64,000 bases of DNA from Gammaproteobacteria bacterium (GTDB lineage Bacteria; Pseudomonadota; Gammaproteobacteria; Eutrophobiales; Eutrophobiaceae), in contig OZ220696.1 in NCBI GenBank assembly GCA_965116495.1, positions 2,880,001-2,944,000 on the forward strand, written 5' to 3'. The notes under the pieces are model-generated. The model did no database searches, was not told where the DNA came from, and was given only the letters and a program-made list of their open reading frames with translations. Both the position numbers and the translations under genes were made by a program. Positions 21,040 to 30,675 of the stretch are shown here, one piece after another; position 1 is the stretch's first letter, and every line of letters begins with the position of its first letter.

Positions 21040-24000
21040 TCAGAACAGCGAGGAGAGGTCATAACTGAAGGAGGCGAAAATCCTGCGGTCAAACAGGCTG
21101 TAGCCGGCGCCCAGGGGGATATTATAGCCGACAACCGTTCCGGTGGACGGGCTGAATCCACTCCATCCCACTACCGGCGGTGACACGTCGAAGACGTTGC
21201 GCACGCCGACGATCACCTGGAAGCGCCGGTTCGGGTCGCGGTAACGGATCGACAGGTTGTGGAAGAACTTATCGTCGGCTTCAGCGAGATTGGTGACGGA
21301 TTCATCTTCCGGCAATGCGTATACGGGTTCCTCATCGGTGGAGCCGACGTAGTCCGTGGTCCAGATGAAAGTGAAGTCCCGCCATTGAAAGCGCACGTCG
21401 GACTCGCCGCGCCAGTTCGCGTAGGAATGACGGCCCGCGTAATTGGTCGGTTTCTCATCGCCCAACCCATACTGGTACGCCAGCAGGCGCGTGGCCAGGA
21501 TATCCACGCTGAGGTCGCCGAACGAGAACTCGCGGTCCGCGCGCACGGTGATGTCATACCCCAGTGAGCGTTCGACCGCGACGTTGATGTACGAGGAGTT
21601 GACGCCGGTAAGCTCTCCATTCGGATTGCGTCCGCCTACCAGGTCGCATTCCTCGGCGCTGAAGTTCAGGGAATTGTAACAGCGCGACAGGATATTGCTG
21701 GCGCCGAGTCGGGAGATGGAGTTCTTGAGGTCGATATCGTAGTAATCGAAGGCAACGCTCAAGTTGAGGCCGAGGGCCGGAAAGCGGCCGGCCAGGTCCG
21801 GCGTCACGATAAATCCAAGGGTCCAGGAGTCCGAGGTTTCCGCCTCCAGATCGGGATTCCCTCCCGATGCGACCCTGATGCTGGAGGAGGGAGCATAATC
21901 GGGAGGGATGATGCCCTGGTTCTCCAGCGCCTCACAGTTGCGGTACTGGTTGCTGGTCGGGTCAAGGTCCTGGGACGGGTCGCGGAACCGGTCACAGGGG
22001 TCTGCCCTGGAGGCGACAAAACTGGTTACCGGCGCTAGGTTCAGGTGGTACAGTGCCGGCGCGCGAAACGAGGTACCCACCGACGTGCGCATGCGCAACA
22101 CGGGATTGACCGCGTAATTGAACAGCAGGCGCCAGGTGGTATCGCTGCCGTAGGAACTGTAGTGGGTGTATCGAAGGGAGCCGTTCACCGTGAGTTCCTC
22201 CGCCACGCTGACTCCGCCACGCTTGACGCCGGAGAGCAGCGGCACCTCCACTTCCGTATAGCCTTCTATCACCCGGTCATCCCCGGTGGTGACCCCCGCC
22301 GAGGTGAACCCCCACTGGTTGTCTTCCACCGCCGCCGGGGGAGGACGGTCATTGAGACTGCGGTTACGCCAGTCCATCCCCACTACCGCGCGGGCCTCGC
22401 CAGCGGGCACATCAAACAGGCGACCCTCCATGGAAAACCCCGCGGTCCAGAGATCGTAAGCGGTCTTGAGTTTCTGCCGGTCACCGACATAACCCGCTGC
22501 CTCCGGCGGGATCTCGCCGCGCCGCAGGGCATCTTTGCTGAACAGGTTCAGGGGAACGCAATCCGGATCGGGGCCCTCGGCCAGGATGCGGCTCACTATG
22601 GCGCCTTCGAAATTGGCGCCGAACAGGAGCTGGCCCGGGTCCAGGACGCAGTGAAGATTCCCGTCCGGCCCGATCGCGGAGGACATGGCCCGCGCTACCT
22701 TGTCCTTCAGCCAGACATCGTAGGTCCACTCGCCCCGGCTCCAGGAATAGCCGCCGTCAATCTTCCAGGTGAACTCGCCCAGGTCCCCTTCCAGGCCCAG
22801 GCGCAGCGCGCCCACGTCGTTCTGCACTTCCGTGACCGGGTCCAGCAGGTCATAGCTCATCACTACCGGCTGGGCGATGCCTCCGATTATGCCGAACGGG
22901 TTGGTCGGGTTGGCAGGGTGGACAAAAGGAAAGAGTTGCCGGTACCCGCTGTTGTAGCTTTCATCGCGGTGCGTAAAATAAAATTCGTAGTTGGCGCTGA
23001 CCGTCCCCAACATACCGCCCAGGTCGAGATCCAGCAGTCCGTCACTGTACACCTGGATGCGCCGGCGGTCCGGTATCAGGTGCTCTGCGCCCCAGTTGCG
23101 GTCGTCCCGGTATCCTTCTTCCGGCACTCTCTCGCCGTCCCTGTCGCCAAGCTCCCGCCAGGGAAGGCCGGTCCCGGCAAAATCGGCGCCCGGATCGCGT
23201 ACCAGGGAGGTCGCCGGGCCGAGCCCGTACACGTCCACGAAACCGAATACCGAGCCGAAGCAACGGCCGCGCGTGGGCGCAAAAATGGAAGGATGGATTC
23301 CCCCGTCGGTCAGCGGGCGCTCATCGCAGAAACTGTAATCCTGTTCGTCCCGCCCCACTGGCCCCAGGCTTGAGAATTCGACCGCGGCGTCGATGTAGCC
23401 GCGATCCCAGGTCTTGCCGAACAGTCCGCTCACCGAACCATAATCGAGTTCATCCTGGTAGTAACCTTCCAGGATAACGTCATCGAAACGTTTTCTGGTG
23501 ATAATGTTCACCACTCCGGCGATGGCATCGGCGCCGTAGATGGAAGAAGCGCCGTCCTTGAGGATTTCGATCCGGTCAATGGCGACGTCCGGGATCGAGT
23601 TCAGGTCAACGCTATTGACCCGGCCGCGGGTGCCCGCCGGCGTGAAGCGCCGGCCGTTCACCAGGATCAGGGTGCGGCCCGGGTCGAGGCTGCGCAGGCC
23701 GAACGTGTTGACGCCGGGGCCGCCGGAGACCACGAATCCCCCAAAAGTGTTGTCGATCTGTGTGCCGGAAGCCAGGGCGCTGGTTTGCAGGATCTCCGAG
23801 GTATTGGCCATGCCCGCCAAGGTAGCGCTCTCGCTGGTGATGACCGTTACCGGCAAGGCCGATGTGAACGCATCGCGACGGATGCGTGAGCCTGTCACTA
23901 TGATCTCTTCGGTCGCGCCCCCTGGTGGAGTAAGTTCCGCCGCCCGTTTTTCATCAACCTCCGGGGCTGCTTCCCCAGCGTCAGAAGTCCGGTTGCCGAC

Positions 24001-24156
24001 CTGCCGGGACTCTTCCGTTTCATCATTCGTCCCCTTATCCGGTTCGGGCGCCCCCGGCGGAGGTGGTTCAGCCGTATCCTGCGCCGCCGCTGCAGGCCCC
24101 GACAGCCACAACAGGCCAAGGAAGAACAGGATAGGCAAGGATACTTCTCGCCGCAT
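21040..24156 (-). CDS. TonB-dependent receptor (about 1040 aa)
   Basis: Signal peptide, EEIIVTGSRI, RTLILVNGRR, RIEILKDGASSIYGADAIAGVVNIIT, terminal Phe. Confidence 0.95.
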   Translation of the reverse strand: MRREVSLPILFFLGLLWLSGPAAAAQDTAEPPPPGAPEPDKGTNDETEESRQVGNRTSDAGEAAPEVDEKRAAELTPPGGATEEIIVTGSRIRRDAFTSALPVTVITSESATLAGMANTSEILQTSALASGTQIDNTFGGFVVSGGPGVNTFGLRSLDPGRTLILVNGRRFTPAGTRGRVNSVDLNSIPDVAIDRIEILKDGASSIYGADAIAGVVNIITRKRFDDVILEGYYQDELDYGSVSGLFGKTWDRGYIDAAVEFSSLGPVGRDEQDYSFCDERPLTDGGIHPSIFAPTRGRCFGSVFGFVDVYGLGPATSLVRDPGADFAGTGLPWRELGDRDGERVPEEGYRDDRNWGAEHLIPDRRRIQVYSDGLLDLDLGGMLGTVSANYEFYFTHRDESYNSGYRQLFPFVHPANPTNPFGIIGGIAQPVVMSYDLLDPVTEVQNDVGALRLGLEGDLGEFTWKIDGGYSWSRGEWTYDVWLKDKVARAMSSAIGPDGNLHCVLDPGQLLFGANFEGAIVSRILAEGPDPDCVPLNLFSKDALRRGEIPPEAAGYVGDRQKLKTAYDLWTAGFSMEGRLFDVPAGEARAVVGMDWRNRSLNDRPPPAAVEDNQWGFTSAGVTTGDDRVIEGYTEVEVPLLSGVKRGGVSVAEELTVNGSLRYTHYSSYGSDTTWRLLFNYAVNPVLRMRTSVGTSFRAPALYHLNLAPVTSFVASRADPCDRFRDPSQDLDPTSNQYRNCEALENQGIIPPDYAPSSSIRVASGGNPDLEAETSDSWTLGFIVTPDLAGRFPALGLNLSVAFDYYDIDLKNSISRLGASNILSRCYNSLNFSAEECDLVGGRNPNGELTGVNSSYINVAVERSLGYDITVRADREFSFGDLSVDILATRLLAYQYGLGDEKPTNYAGRHSYANWRGESDVRFQWRDFTFIWTTDYVGSTDEEPVYALPEDESVTNLAEADDKFFHNLSIRYRDPNRRFQVIVGVRNVFDVSPPVVGWSGFSPSTGTVVGYNIPLGAGYSLFDRRIFASFSYDLSSLF

Positions 24157-24204
24157 GATGGTTGCCGGTTTTCGGGTTAAATTCACCAATAGTAATTCAG
24201 AAGT

Positions 24205-25956
24205 TTAAATGAGTTTGACACCCAGTTCACGCAATTGTTCCGGAGATGCGCCCGCAGGGGCGGACGTGAGCAGGCAACTGGCGGTCTGGGTCTTGGGAAA
24301 CGCGATGACGTCCCGGATCCCCTTCGCCCCGGCCATGATCATGACAATGCGGTCCAAACCGAAGGCGATACCGCCGTGGGGCGGACACCCGTATGACAGG
24401 GCGTCGATCAGGAAACCGAACTTCTCCCGGGCCTGTTCCTCGTCAATACCAAGCAGGTCCAGCACCTTCAATTGCATTTCCGGCTCATGGATACGGATCG
24501 AACCGCCGCCCAGTTCCATGCCGTTCAGGACCAGGTCATAGGCGCGCGACAGGCTCTCATGCAGGTCGCCGTCATGCTCCGACACTTGCGGCGCGGTAAA
24601 AGGATGGTGCAGCGAGTCCCAGCGCTGCTCAGTATCGTTATATTCGAATAACGGGAAATCCACTACCCAGAGTGGCGCCCAGTCTCCCTGCAGCAAACCC
24701 AGGTCTTCGGCCAGCGCCGCACGCAGGGCGCCGAGTGAGTCGTTGACGGTACGCGCCTTGTCGGCGCCGAAAAAAACAATATCGCCGGTCTGCGCCCCGG
24801 TACGCTGCAACACGGCCTGCACTGTTTCCCCCGGCAGGAATTTCAGGATGGGCGATTGCAGTCCGGCATCGCCCTTTTCCATATCATTGATCTTGATATA
24901 GGCGAGCCCCCTGGCGCCGTGCTTGCCGACATAAGCGGTATAGTCATCGATTTCCTTGCGCGTGAGCGCATTGCCGCCCGGCAGGCACAGCGCGGCAACG
25001 CGTCCGTGCGCCTGGTTTGCCGGGCCGGAAAATACCTTGAATTCCACCTCCTTCATCAGGTCGCCGATTTCGACCAGTTCCAGCGGGTTGCGCAAGTCAG
25101 GCCGGTCCGTGCCGTAGCGCAGCATGGCCTCATGGTAAGTCATGCGCGGGAACGGGTCGGCCAGATCAATACCTTTTACCTGTTTGAACACGGTACGCAT
25201 CATATCTTCTACCAAGCCGATCACGTCATTCTCATCGACAAACGACATTTCCATGTCAAGCTGGGTAAATTCCGGCTGCCGGTCCGCGCGCAGGTCCTCG
25301 TCGCGAAAACAGCGGACAATCTGGTAGTAGCGATCCATCCCGGACATCATCAGCAGTTGCTTGAACAGTTGCGGTGACTGCGGCAGGGCGAAGAAGCTGC
25401 CGCGCTGGGTCCGGCTCGGCACCAGGTAATCCCGCGCGCCCTCGGGGGTTGCCCTGGTCAGGACGGGGGTTTCGATATCAAGAAAGCCGCTCCCGTCAAG
25501 GTAGTCACGGATGGCCCGGGTGACCCGGCTGCGCAGTTTGATATTTTCCTGCATGGTTTCCCGGCGCAGGTCCACGTAGCGGTAGCGCAGGCGGACATCG
25601 TCCTGCACGTTTTCGTCATCCAGTTGGAACGGCGGCGTTTTGGCCTTGTTCAGTATTTCCAGGGTATGCCCCAGCACTTCAACTTCACCGGTCGGCAGGT
25701 TGGGGTTGACCGTGCCTTGCGGACGCCTGCGAACACGGCCGGTTATACGGATCACAAATTCATTCCTGAGTGATTCGGCAATTGCAAAAGAATCGGCCCG
25801 GTCGGGATCGTAGACAACCTGGGCCAGACCTTCCCGGTCCCTCAGGTCGATAAAGATCACACCGCCGTGATCGCGGCGCCGGTGCACCCAGCCGCACAAC
25901 GCGACATCCTCACCGATCATATCGGCGGTCAACTGTCCACAACAATGACTGCGCAT
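24205..25956 (-). CDS. aspS: Aspartate-tRNA ligase, probably non-discriminating Asp/Asn type
   Basis: [37 protein letters not shown]. Confidence 0.98.
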   Translation of the reverse strand: MRSHCCGQLTADMIGEDVALCGWVHRRRDHGGVIFIDLRDREGLAQVVYDPDRADSFAIAESLRNEFVIRITGRVRRRPQGTVNPNLPTGEVEVLGHTLEILNKAKTPPFQLDDENVQDDVRLRYRYVDLRRETMQENIKLRSRVTRAIRDYLDGSGFLDIETPVLTRATPEGARDYLVPSRTQRGSFFALPQSPQLFKQLLMMSGMDRYYQIVRCFRDEDLRADRQPEFTQLDMEMSFVDENDVIGLVEDMMRTVFKQVKGIDLADPFPRMTYHEAMLRYGTDRPDLRNPLELVEIGDLMKEVEFKVFSGPANQAHGRVAALCLPGGNALTRKEIDDYTAYVGKHGARGLAYIKINDMEKGDAGLQSPILKFLPGETVQAVLQRTGAQTGDIVFFGADKARTVNDSLGALRAALAEDLGLLQGDWAPLWVVDFPLFEYNDTEQRWDSLHHPFTAPQVSEHDGDLHESLSRAYDLVLNGMELGGGSIRIHEPEMQLKVLDLLGIDEEQAREKFGFLIDALSYGCPPHGGIAFGLDRIVMIMAGAKGIRDVIAFPKTQTASCLLTSAPAGASPEQLRELGVKLI

Positions 25957-25995
25957 GGGTTGATCCTGGTTGTCGTACCGGTCAGGCAGGACGGT

Positions 25996-26640
25996 TCAGC
26001 CGTCAACTGCGGCGTTACTGTCCTGCACCAGTTGCCTGACTTTCCCATCGGGCACGATGACACCCATGGAGATAATGAACTTGAACCCGTCTTCAACCGA
26101 CATGTCCAGTTCTATTATGTCGCGTTTGGGGATCAGCAGGTTAAATCCCGAAGTGGGGTTGGGTGTGGTCGGCAGGTAAATTGACTGAAGCTGAAGATCA
26201 GTAATGCCGTGGTCCGTGTCAACCCGTTCATTACTGAGAAAACCGATGCACCAACTGTCCTTGCGCGGATATTCAATCAGCACCACCTTGCGGAACGAGT
26301 TGTTCTGTGAAGCCAGTAAGGTGGTGGATATCTGTTTGACGCTGCTGTAGATGTTCCGCACCAGGGGGATTTTCCCAAGCGCCGCTTCCCAGAACAGCAC
26401 CAGGCGTCGTCCTAGCAGGTTTGCCGCAAACATCCCGGTGAGAACCAGGACGCCGACAGCCAGGACAATGCCGAATCCCGGTATACTGAACCCCAGCAAC
26501 GCTTCGGGCCGATAATCCGCCGGCAGCAGCAGGATGGTACCGTCCAGGAGATCGATGACGAACTTGATAATGGCCACGGTAATGACCAGCGGCAGCCACA
26601 CCAGCAGGCCGGCAATAATATATTTTCGCAAGGCAGTCAT
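25996..26640 (-). CDS. DUF502 membrane protein
   Basis: GLLVWLPL, IPLVRNIYSSVKQ, PTTPNPTSG; usual aspS neighbour. Confidence 0.9.
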   Translation of the reverse strand: MTALRKYIIAGLLVWLPLVITVAIIKFVIDLLDGTILLLPADYRPEALLGFSIPGFGIVLAVGVLVLTGMFAANLLGRRLVLFWEAALGKIPLVRNIYSSVKQISTTLLASQNNSFRKVVLIEYPRKDSWCIGFLSNERVDTDHGITDLQLQSIYLPTTPNPTSGFNLLIPKRDIIELDMSVEDGFKFIISMGVIVPDGKVRQLVQDSNAAVDG

Positions 26641-26734
26641 TTATCTGTAAATCCTGGGCAACGGGTGGCGCTCCAGCATAAAAATCCGGTGCAGCATATC
26701 ATATTCCGGAGTCATTCGTCCGGGAAAAGGTGGG

Positions 26735-27106
26735 TCACCCGGCGGGTGGAGAAGCAGCCGCGCTCCCGCCTGACGATTGCGTACCGGGCTTCGTTTCCTT
26801 GTCAGCGCCGCCGCTATCCGTTTCTGTGTCCTTGTCCTTATTCCCGTCTTCACCTCCTGTGGTTTTGGCGCTGTCGGAATCCCCGGGTTTGTCATCTTGC
26901 TTGGCCAGGTTCCTGCGCGATTTCTCATCCTTGAAATCCGTTTCGTACCATCCGCTACCCTTGAGCCGGAAGGCGACCGGAGACACAAGCTTGCGCAGGG
27001 CAGGTTCCTCACAGGCGGGACAATCCGTCAGCCGCTGATCGGAGATCTTCTGCAATTTCTCCAGCCTGTGGCCGCAGGCATGACATTCATATTCGTAAAT
27101 CGGCAA
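26735..27106 (-). CDS. FmdB family zinc-ribbon protein
   Basis: MPIYEYECHAC..CPAC..FRLKGSGWYETDF; low-complexity tail; TTG start. Confidence 0.92.
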   Translation of the reverse strand: MPIYEYECHACGHRLEKLQKISDQRLTDCPACEEPALRKLVSPVAFRLKGSGWYETDFKDEKSRRNLAKQDDKPGDSDSAKTTGGEDGNKDKDTETDSGGADKETKPGTQSSGGSAAASPPAG

Positions 27107-27140
27107 GACGTTAACCCTCTAATGTTACGGGACAGGAGGA

Positions 27141-27169
27141 AGATAGTGACGGCTCAGCGGAATTTCAAG
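27141..27169 (-). promoter_or_regulatory. Possible sigma-32-type promoter for fmdB-DUF502-aspS
   Basis: Minus strand CTTGAAA-N14-CACTATCT resembles CTTGAAA-N13/14-CCCCATNT. Confidence 0.3.
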
Positions 27170-27173
27170 TCTT

Positions 27174-27190
27174 GGAATAATGGGGTCAGG
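27174..27190. repeat. Single GGAATAATGGGGTCAGG repeat arm abutting the TBDR stop codon
   Basis: 15/16 match to 9016-9031; directly adjacent to the stop at 27191-27193. Confidence 0.6.
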
Positions 27191-29689
27191 TCAGAAACGG
27201 TAAGATGCTTCCACACCCCAGACGCGCGGCGCCCCGACGACGCAACGCTGCATGCCTCCGCCGTTAGCGGGATCAACCAAACTCAGCGTGGTAGCCAGGG
27301 CCTGGATAAATATCACCTGGCAGTAATCCTGGCCGAACACGTTATGTACGAAGCCCGAAAATTCCCAGCCATCGTCCGCGCCGCGCAACCCCAGGCGGGC
27401 ATTGACGATGTCATAGCCCGGCTGCATTGTCTGCGGCGCCTGGTTGGTATCCGCGCCGACGTTCTGGTCGGAAATATACTGGTATTCACCCCGCACGAAC
27501 CAACCCAGGCCGTGAACCGGTACCCGGTCGGACCACTCGGCCACGAGCGACAGTTGCCATTTCGGCGAGAAGTGGTTCCTCTCTCCCGTCAGGTTCCGGG
27601 CCGGCACCTGCCCCGGAGGGAATCCCAGGAACCTGCTCAACTGGACGGATGTCCGGTATTCGGCAATCTCGGCGGGCAGGCTGGTTGCGTTGGTGAAGTT
27701 TCCGAAACTGGAATGCAGGTAACTCACACCCAGAACGGTATAGAGCCGGTTCAGGGGACGCGCCTGGATATCCAGTTCCATGCCCTGCTGGGTAAGTTCC
27801 TCGACGTTCTGCATAAGGAAATTCACGCCGTCGAACCTGCGGTCCTGGAGATCGTCGATCTCCGTATGAAAATAGTTCAGGCTGACCACTGCCCGGTTAT
27901 CGAATAACCCGCCCTTGACGCCTATCTCGATATTGTCCACGGTCTCCGTCTCGTACACCCGGTCCGCCCCGGCGGCCTCGGCAACGGAGTCGAAACCTTC
28001 GGGGTTGAAACCTCCCGACCTGAAGCCGGTCGCATAGGTGGCGAACAGCATCAGGTTTTCGACGGGAGAATAACTGATATTCGCCAACCAGGTGATCTCT
28101 TCCTCATCGTACTCAAGGTCAGGATGTTGTTCCGGTATGCGCAAATCGATAGTGAAGGGATTCTCCGGCGAAGGCGGCGCGGAAATCGGGTTGTTGACCA
28201 AGCTGAGAAAGCTGCCGTCCTTGTTGCTGTCGGTCCAGCGCACCCCGCCGGTCACGCGCAGTTGCTCCGTGACATTGAGCGTTAACTGGCCGTACAGCGC
28301 GTAGTTGCTGACATCCTGCCTGAAGCGGGTGGCGACGGCATCTCTTTGCGCTGCTTTCTCACAATCTCTAGCCACGCCGCCGGCAATGGCGTTGGCTGCC
28401 TGGGGACTGAAGTTGAAACTGGCAAGATAACTCGCGAACAGGTTGCCGACAAAGGGGGAACAGAAGTCCCGCCCATGGTCGAAAGACTGGTTGATACCGT
28501 AATCTTCCTGGTAGAAATACGCGCCGGCAACGTATTCGATGAGACCGCCGGTCGGGGATAGCAACTGTAATTCCTGGGAGATGGTTTCCACGTCAAAGAA
28601 AGTGACGCGCCGTATCAGGTCCATGGGCAGCCGTATGACGGATTCATTCAGGGTATCGTTGGACCATTTCCGATAGCCGGTCAGGGAACGGACGGTATGA
28701 TCGCCGATGCGCCAGTTGATGTCGCCGGCAATGCCCCACTGTTCGTCCTCTGCAAAGTCCCGGTGGTCCTGGTGGACCTTATTATCAAAGCCGTTCGCGG
28801 CATCCGGCACTTCCCCTGAAGGCATCGTGAGGGGGTCCGTGTGAGACAGGAAACTGCGCAGCGCTAGCAGGTATTCAGGTTGCACAGTCCCGGACAGTAC
28901 TTCGATCACGCCGCCGCCGTTAATTATCCTGGAGAAATCGGCAGTCAGGGTAATATTAAGGTCCGGGGCAGGTTCAAAAAAGAGCTTGCCGCGCACGCTT
29001 CCATCTTCCCAGTTGCCCACGTCATTATCACTGCCGTTTTCGGTGAAACTGTTCTCGCCGAAGCCATCCCGGTCGGAATACTGAAATGCCACGCGGCCGG
29101 CAATCCCGGGCGAGAAGGCGCCGCTCAAGGCGCCAGCCACCTGCACGTTGTCATAATTTCCGTATCTGGCCCTGATATTTCCGGAAAATTCTCCCTCGGG
29201 CTTCCTGGTGCGTATATTCAAGGCCCCCATGGAGGCGTTACGCCCGAACAGGGTGCCCTGGGGGCCGCGCAGGACTTCGACAATTTCCAGATCCGTGAGG
29301 GTGCCTATGACCGAGGACGGCCTCGGGATATAGATCCCGTCGACGAACACCGCCACGCCCGGCTCAATGGCGCTGTTGCCCACCGATCCGACTCCGCGCA
29401 GGATGATGCGGTTGTTCGCCAGCTGGCTGGAGAAGGCAAGGCTCAGGTTGGGTGTGTATTGACCGAGCTGTTGCAAGGTGTCTATACCGGAGTCCTCCAG
29501 AAACTCCCCGGTGAAGGTGGAGATGGAAATAGGGACATCCTGCAGGGATTGCTCCCGTTTCTGCGCGGTGACAATGATTTCCTCAATAGCCTGTGCGCCG
29601 GCGGCGCTGCTTGCCGCGGCCAGGAGTCCGAACACTGTCAGCAGCAATACCAGCGAATTATTGAACGACCTCCGCGAAAAATTAAACAT
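27191..29689 (-). CDS. TonB-dependent receptor (832 aa)
   Basis: IEEIIVTAQKREQSLQDVPIS, VEVLRGPQGTLFGRNA, C-terminal PRVWGVEASYRF. Confidence 0.95.
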   Translation of the reverse strand: MFNFSRRSFNNSLVLLLTVFGLLAAASSAAGAQAIEEIIVTAQKREQSLQDVPISISTFTGEFLEDSGIDTLQQLGQYTPNLSLAFSSQLANNRIILRGVGSVGNSAIEPGVAVFVDGIYIPRPSSVIGTLTDLEIVEVLRGPQGTLFGRNASMGALNIRTRKPEGEFSGNIRARYGNYDNVQVAGALSGAFSPGIAGRVAFQYSDRDGFGENSFTENGSDNDVGNWEDGSVRGKLFFEPAPDLNITLTADFSRIINGGGVIEVLSGTVQPEYLLALRSFLSHTDPLTMPSGEVPDAANGFDNKVHQDHRDFAEDEQWGIAGDINWRIGDHTVRSLTGYRKWSNDTLNESVIRLPMDLIRRVTFFDVETISQELQLLSPTGGLIEYVAGAYFYQEDYGINQSFDHGRDFCSPFVGNLFASYLASFNFSPQAANAIAGGVARDCEKAAQRDAVATRFRQDVSNYALYGQLTLNVTEQLRVTGGVRWTDSNKDGSFLSLVNNPISAPPSPENPFTIDLRIPEQHPDLEYDEEEITWLANISYSPVENLMLFATYATGFRSGGFNPEGFDSVAEAAGADRVYETETVDNIEIGVKGGLFDNRAVVSLNYFHTEIDDLQDRRFDGVNFLMQNVEELTQQGMELDIQARPLNRLYTVLGVSYLHSSFGNFTNATSLPAEIAEYRTSVQLSRFLGFPPGQVPARNLTGERNHFSPKWQLSLVAEWSDRVPVHGLGWFVRGEYQYISDQNVGADTNQAPQTMQPGYDIVNARLGLRGADDGWEFSGFVHNVFGQDYCQVIFIQALATTLSLVDPANGGGMQRCVVGAPRVWGVEASYRF

Positions 29690-29882
29690 CTCGATTTTTC
29701 CCCAGGGTAACGGTCCAGTGCTTCAGACATACGAAGGCGCATATTTTACCACAGATCGGCCCAAATTCCTTGTAGGAAACCCTGTTTAAGTCATAGTTTT
29801 CTGCGCCATAGGGATATATCGCCAAAATCTAAAGACAATAAGCCCTTGATTTTGGGCGCTTTTCGGAGTTAACCGTTTACTC

Positions 29883-30434
29883 TTATGTCTTCAGACCGGA
29901 GGTCATACGTCGCAAGGTATCGTCCTTCAACCAGAAGTGGTGATACAGGGCAGCCAGGATGTGTATTCCCAGCAATACCAGGATCACGATTGGAAATATT
30001 CCATGCAAATCCCCGATCAGTTCATTCAATGCCTCGTCCTTGTCCATCGGGAACCCCACCTCGAACAGCCCGAAGAACGGTACTTTATAGCCGGCCGTTG
30101 CGAACCTGGCCATGCCGTTGAATATCTGGACAAACAACATGATGTACAGTCCGTAGTGAACGGTTCTTGATACTACATGCTGCCAGATAGGAATATGCGG
30201 CATCTTTGCGGGAGTGATGTTCAGCCAGCGCCAGATCAGGCGCGCGCTGAGTATGAGCAGCAGCAGCAGGCCGAACGAGGCGTGCAGGAGAATCAACTCA
30301 AGTTTTTCCTGGCCCTGCGGCAGATCGGTTGATTGCGAGGCAATTGCCAGCATCACGATAACAAGCACCAGCACCGTCCAGTGAAAAATCTTACTTATCG
30401 TTCCATACTCTTTTCCGGTATTTTTAACAGCCAT
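29883..30434 (-). CDS. Cytochrome b561 (CybB/YceJ-like)
   Basis: YGTISKIFHW, LHASFG, VHYGLY, LHG..GIHILAALYHH..DDTLRRM. Confidence 0.92.
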   Translation of the reverse strand: MAVKNTGKEYGTISKIFHWTVLVLVIVMLAIASQSTDLPQGQEKLELILLHASFGLLLLLILSARLIWRWLNITPAKMPHIPIWQHVVSRTVHYGLYIMLFVQIFNGMARFATAGYKVPFFGLFEVGFPMDKDEALNELIGDLHGIFPIVILVLLGIHILAALYHHFWLKDDTLRRMTSGLKT

Positions 30435-30452
30435 TGCATTTCTCCCGTTCAG

Positions 30453-30528
30453 TGGTGGGTCGTGCAGGAATCGAACCTGCGACCAACTGATTAAAAGTCA
30501 GCTGCTCTACCAACTGAGCTAACGACCC
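30453..30528 (-). tRNA. tRNA-Lys (anticodon TTT)
   Basis: GGGTCGTTAGCTCAGTTGGTAGAGCAGCTGACTTTTAATCAGTTGGTCGCAGGTTCGATTCCTGCACGACCCACCA: cloverleaf with encoded CCA. Confidence 0.97.
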
Positions 30529-30675
30529 GGAACCAATTCAAGAATTTCGGATTACCCGGACAGCTCCGCGTTGCTGCCCGCCATGCGGGTTTCCGTGTTC
30601 AAGACAAACAGAGCAGGAATGATAATACCGGAGATTTCGCCCACGGTAAAATGGGCAACGACCTCCCGGCATCGT

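Noticed and set aside
22045-23373. 442-aa plus-strand ORF (similar cases at 17615-18619 and 26777-27907)
   Set aside because: Antisense to well-supported genes; typical artefact of GC-biased codon usage
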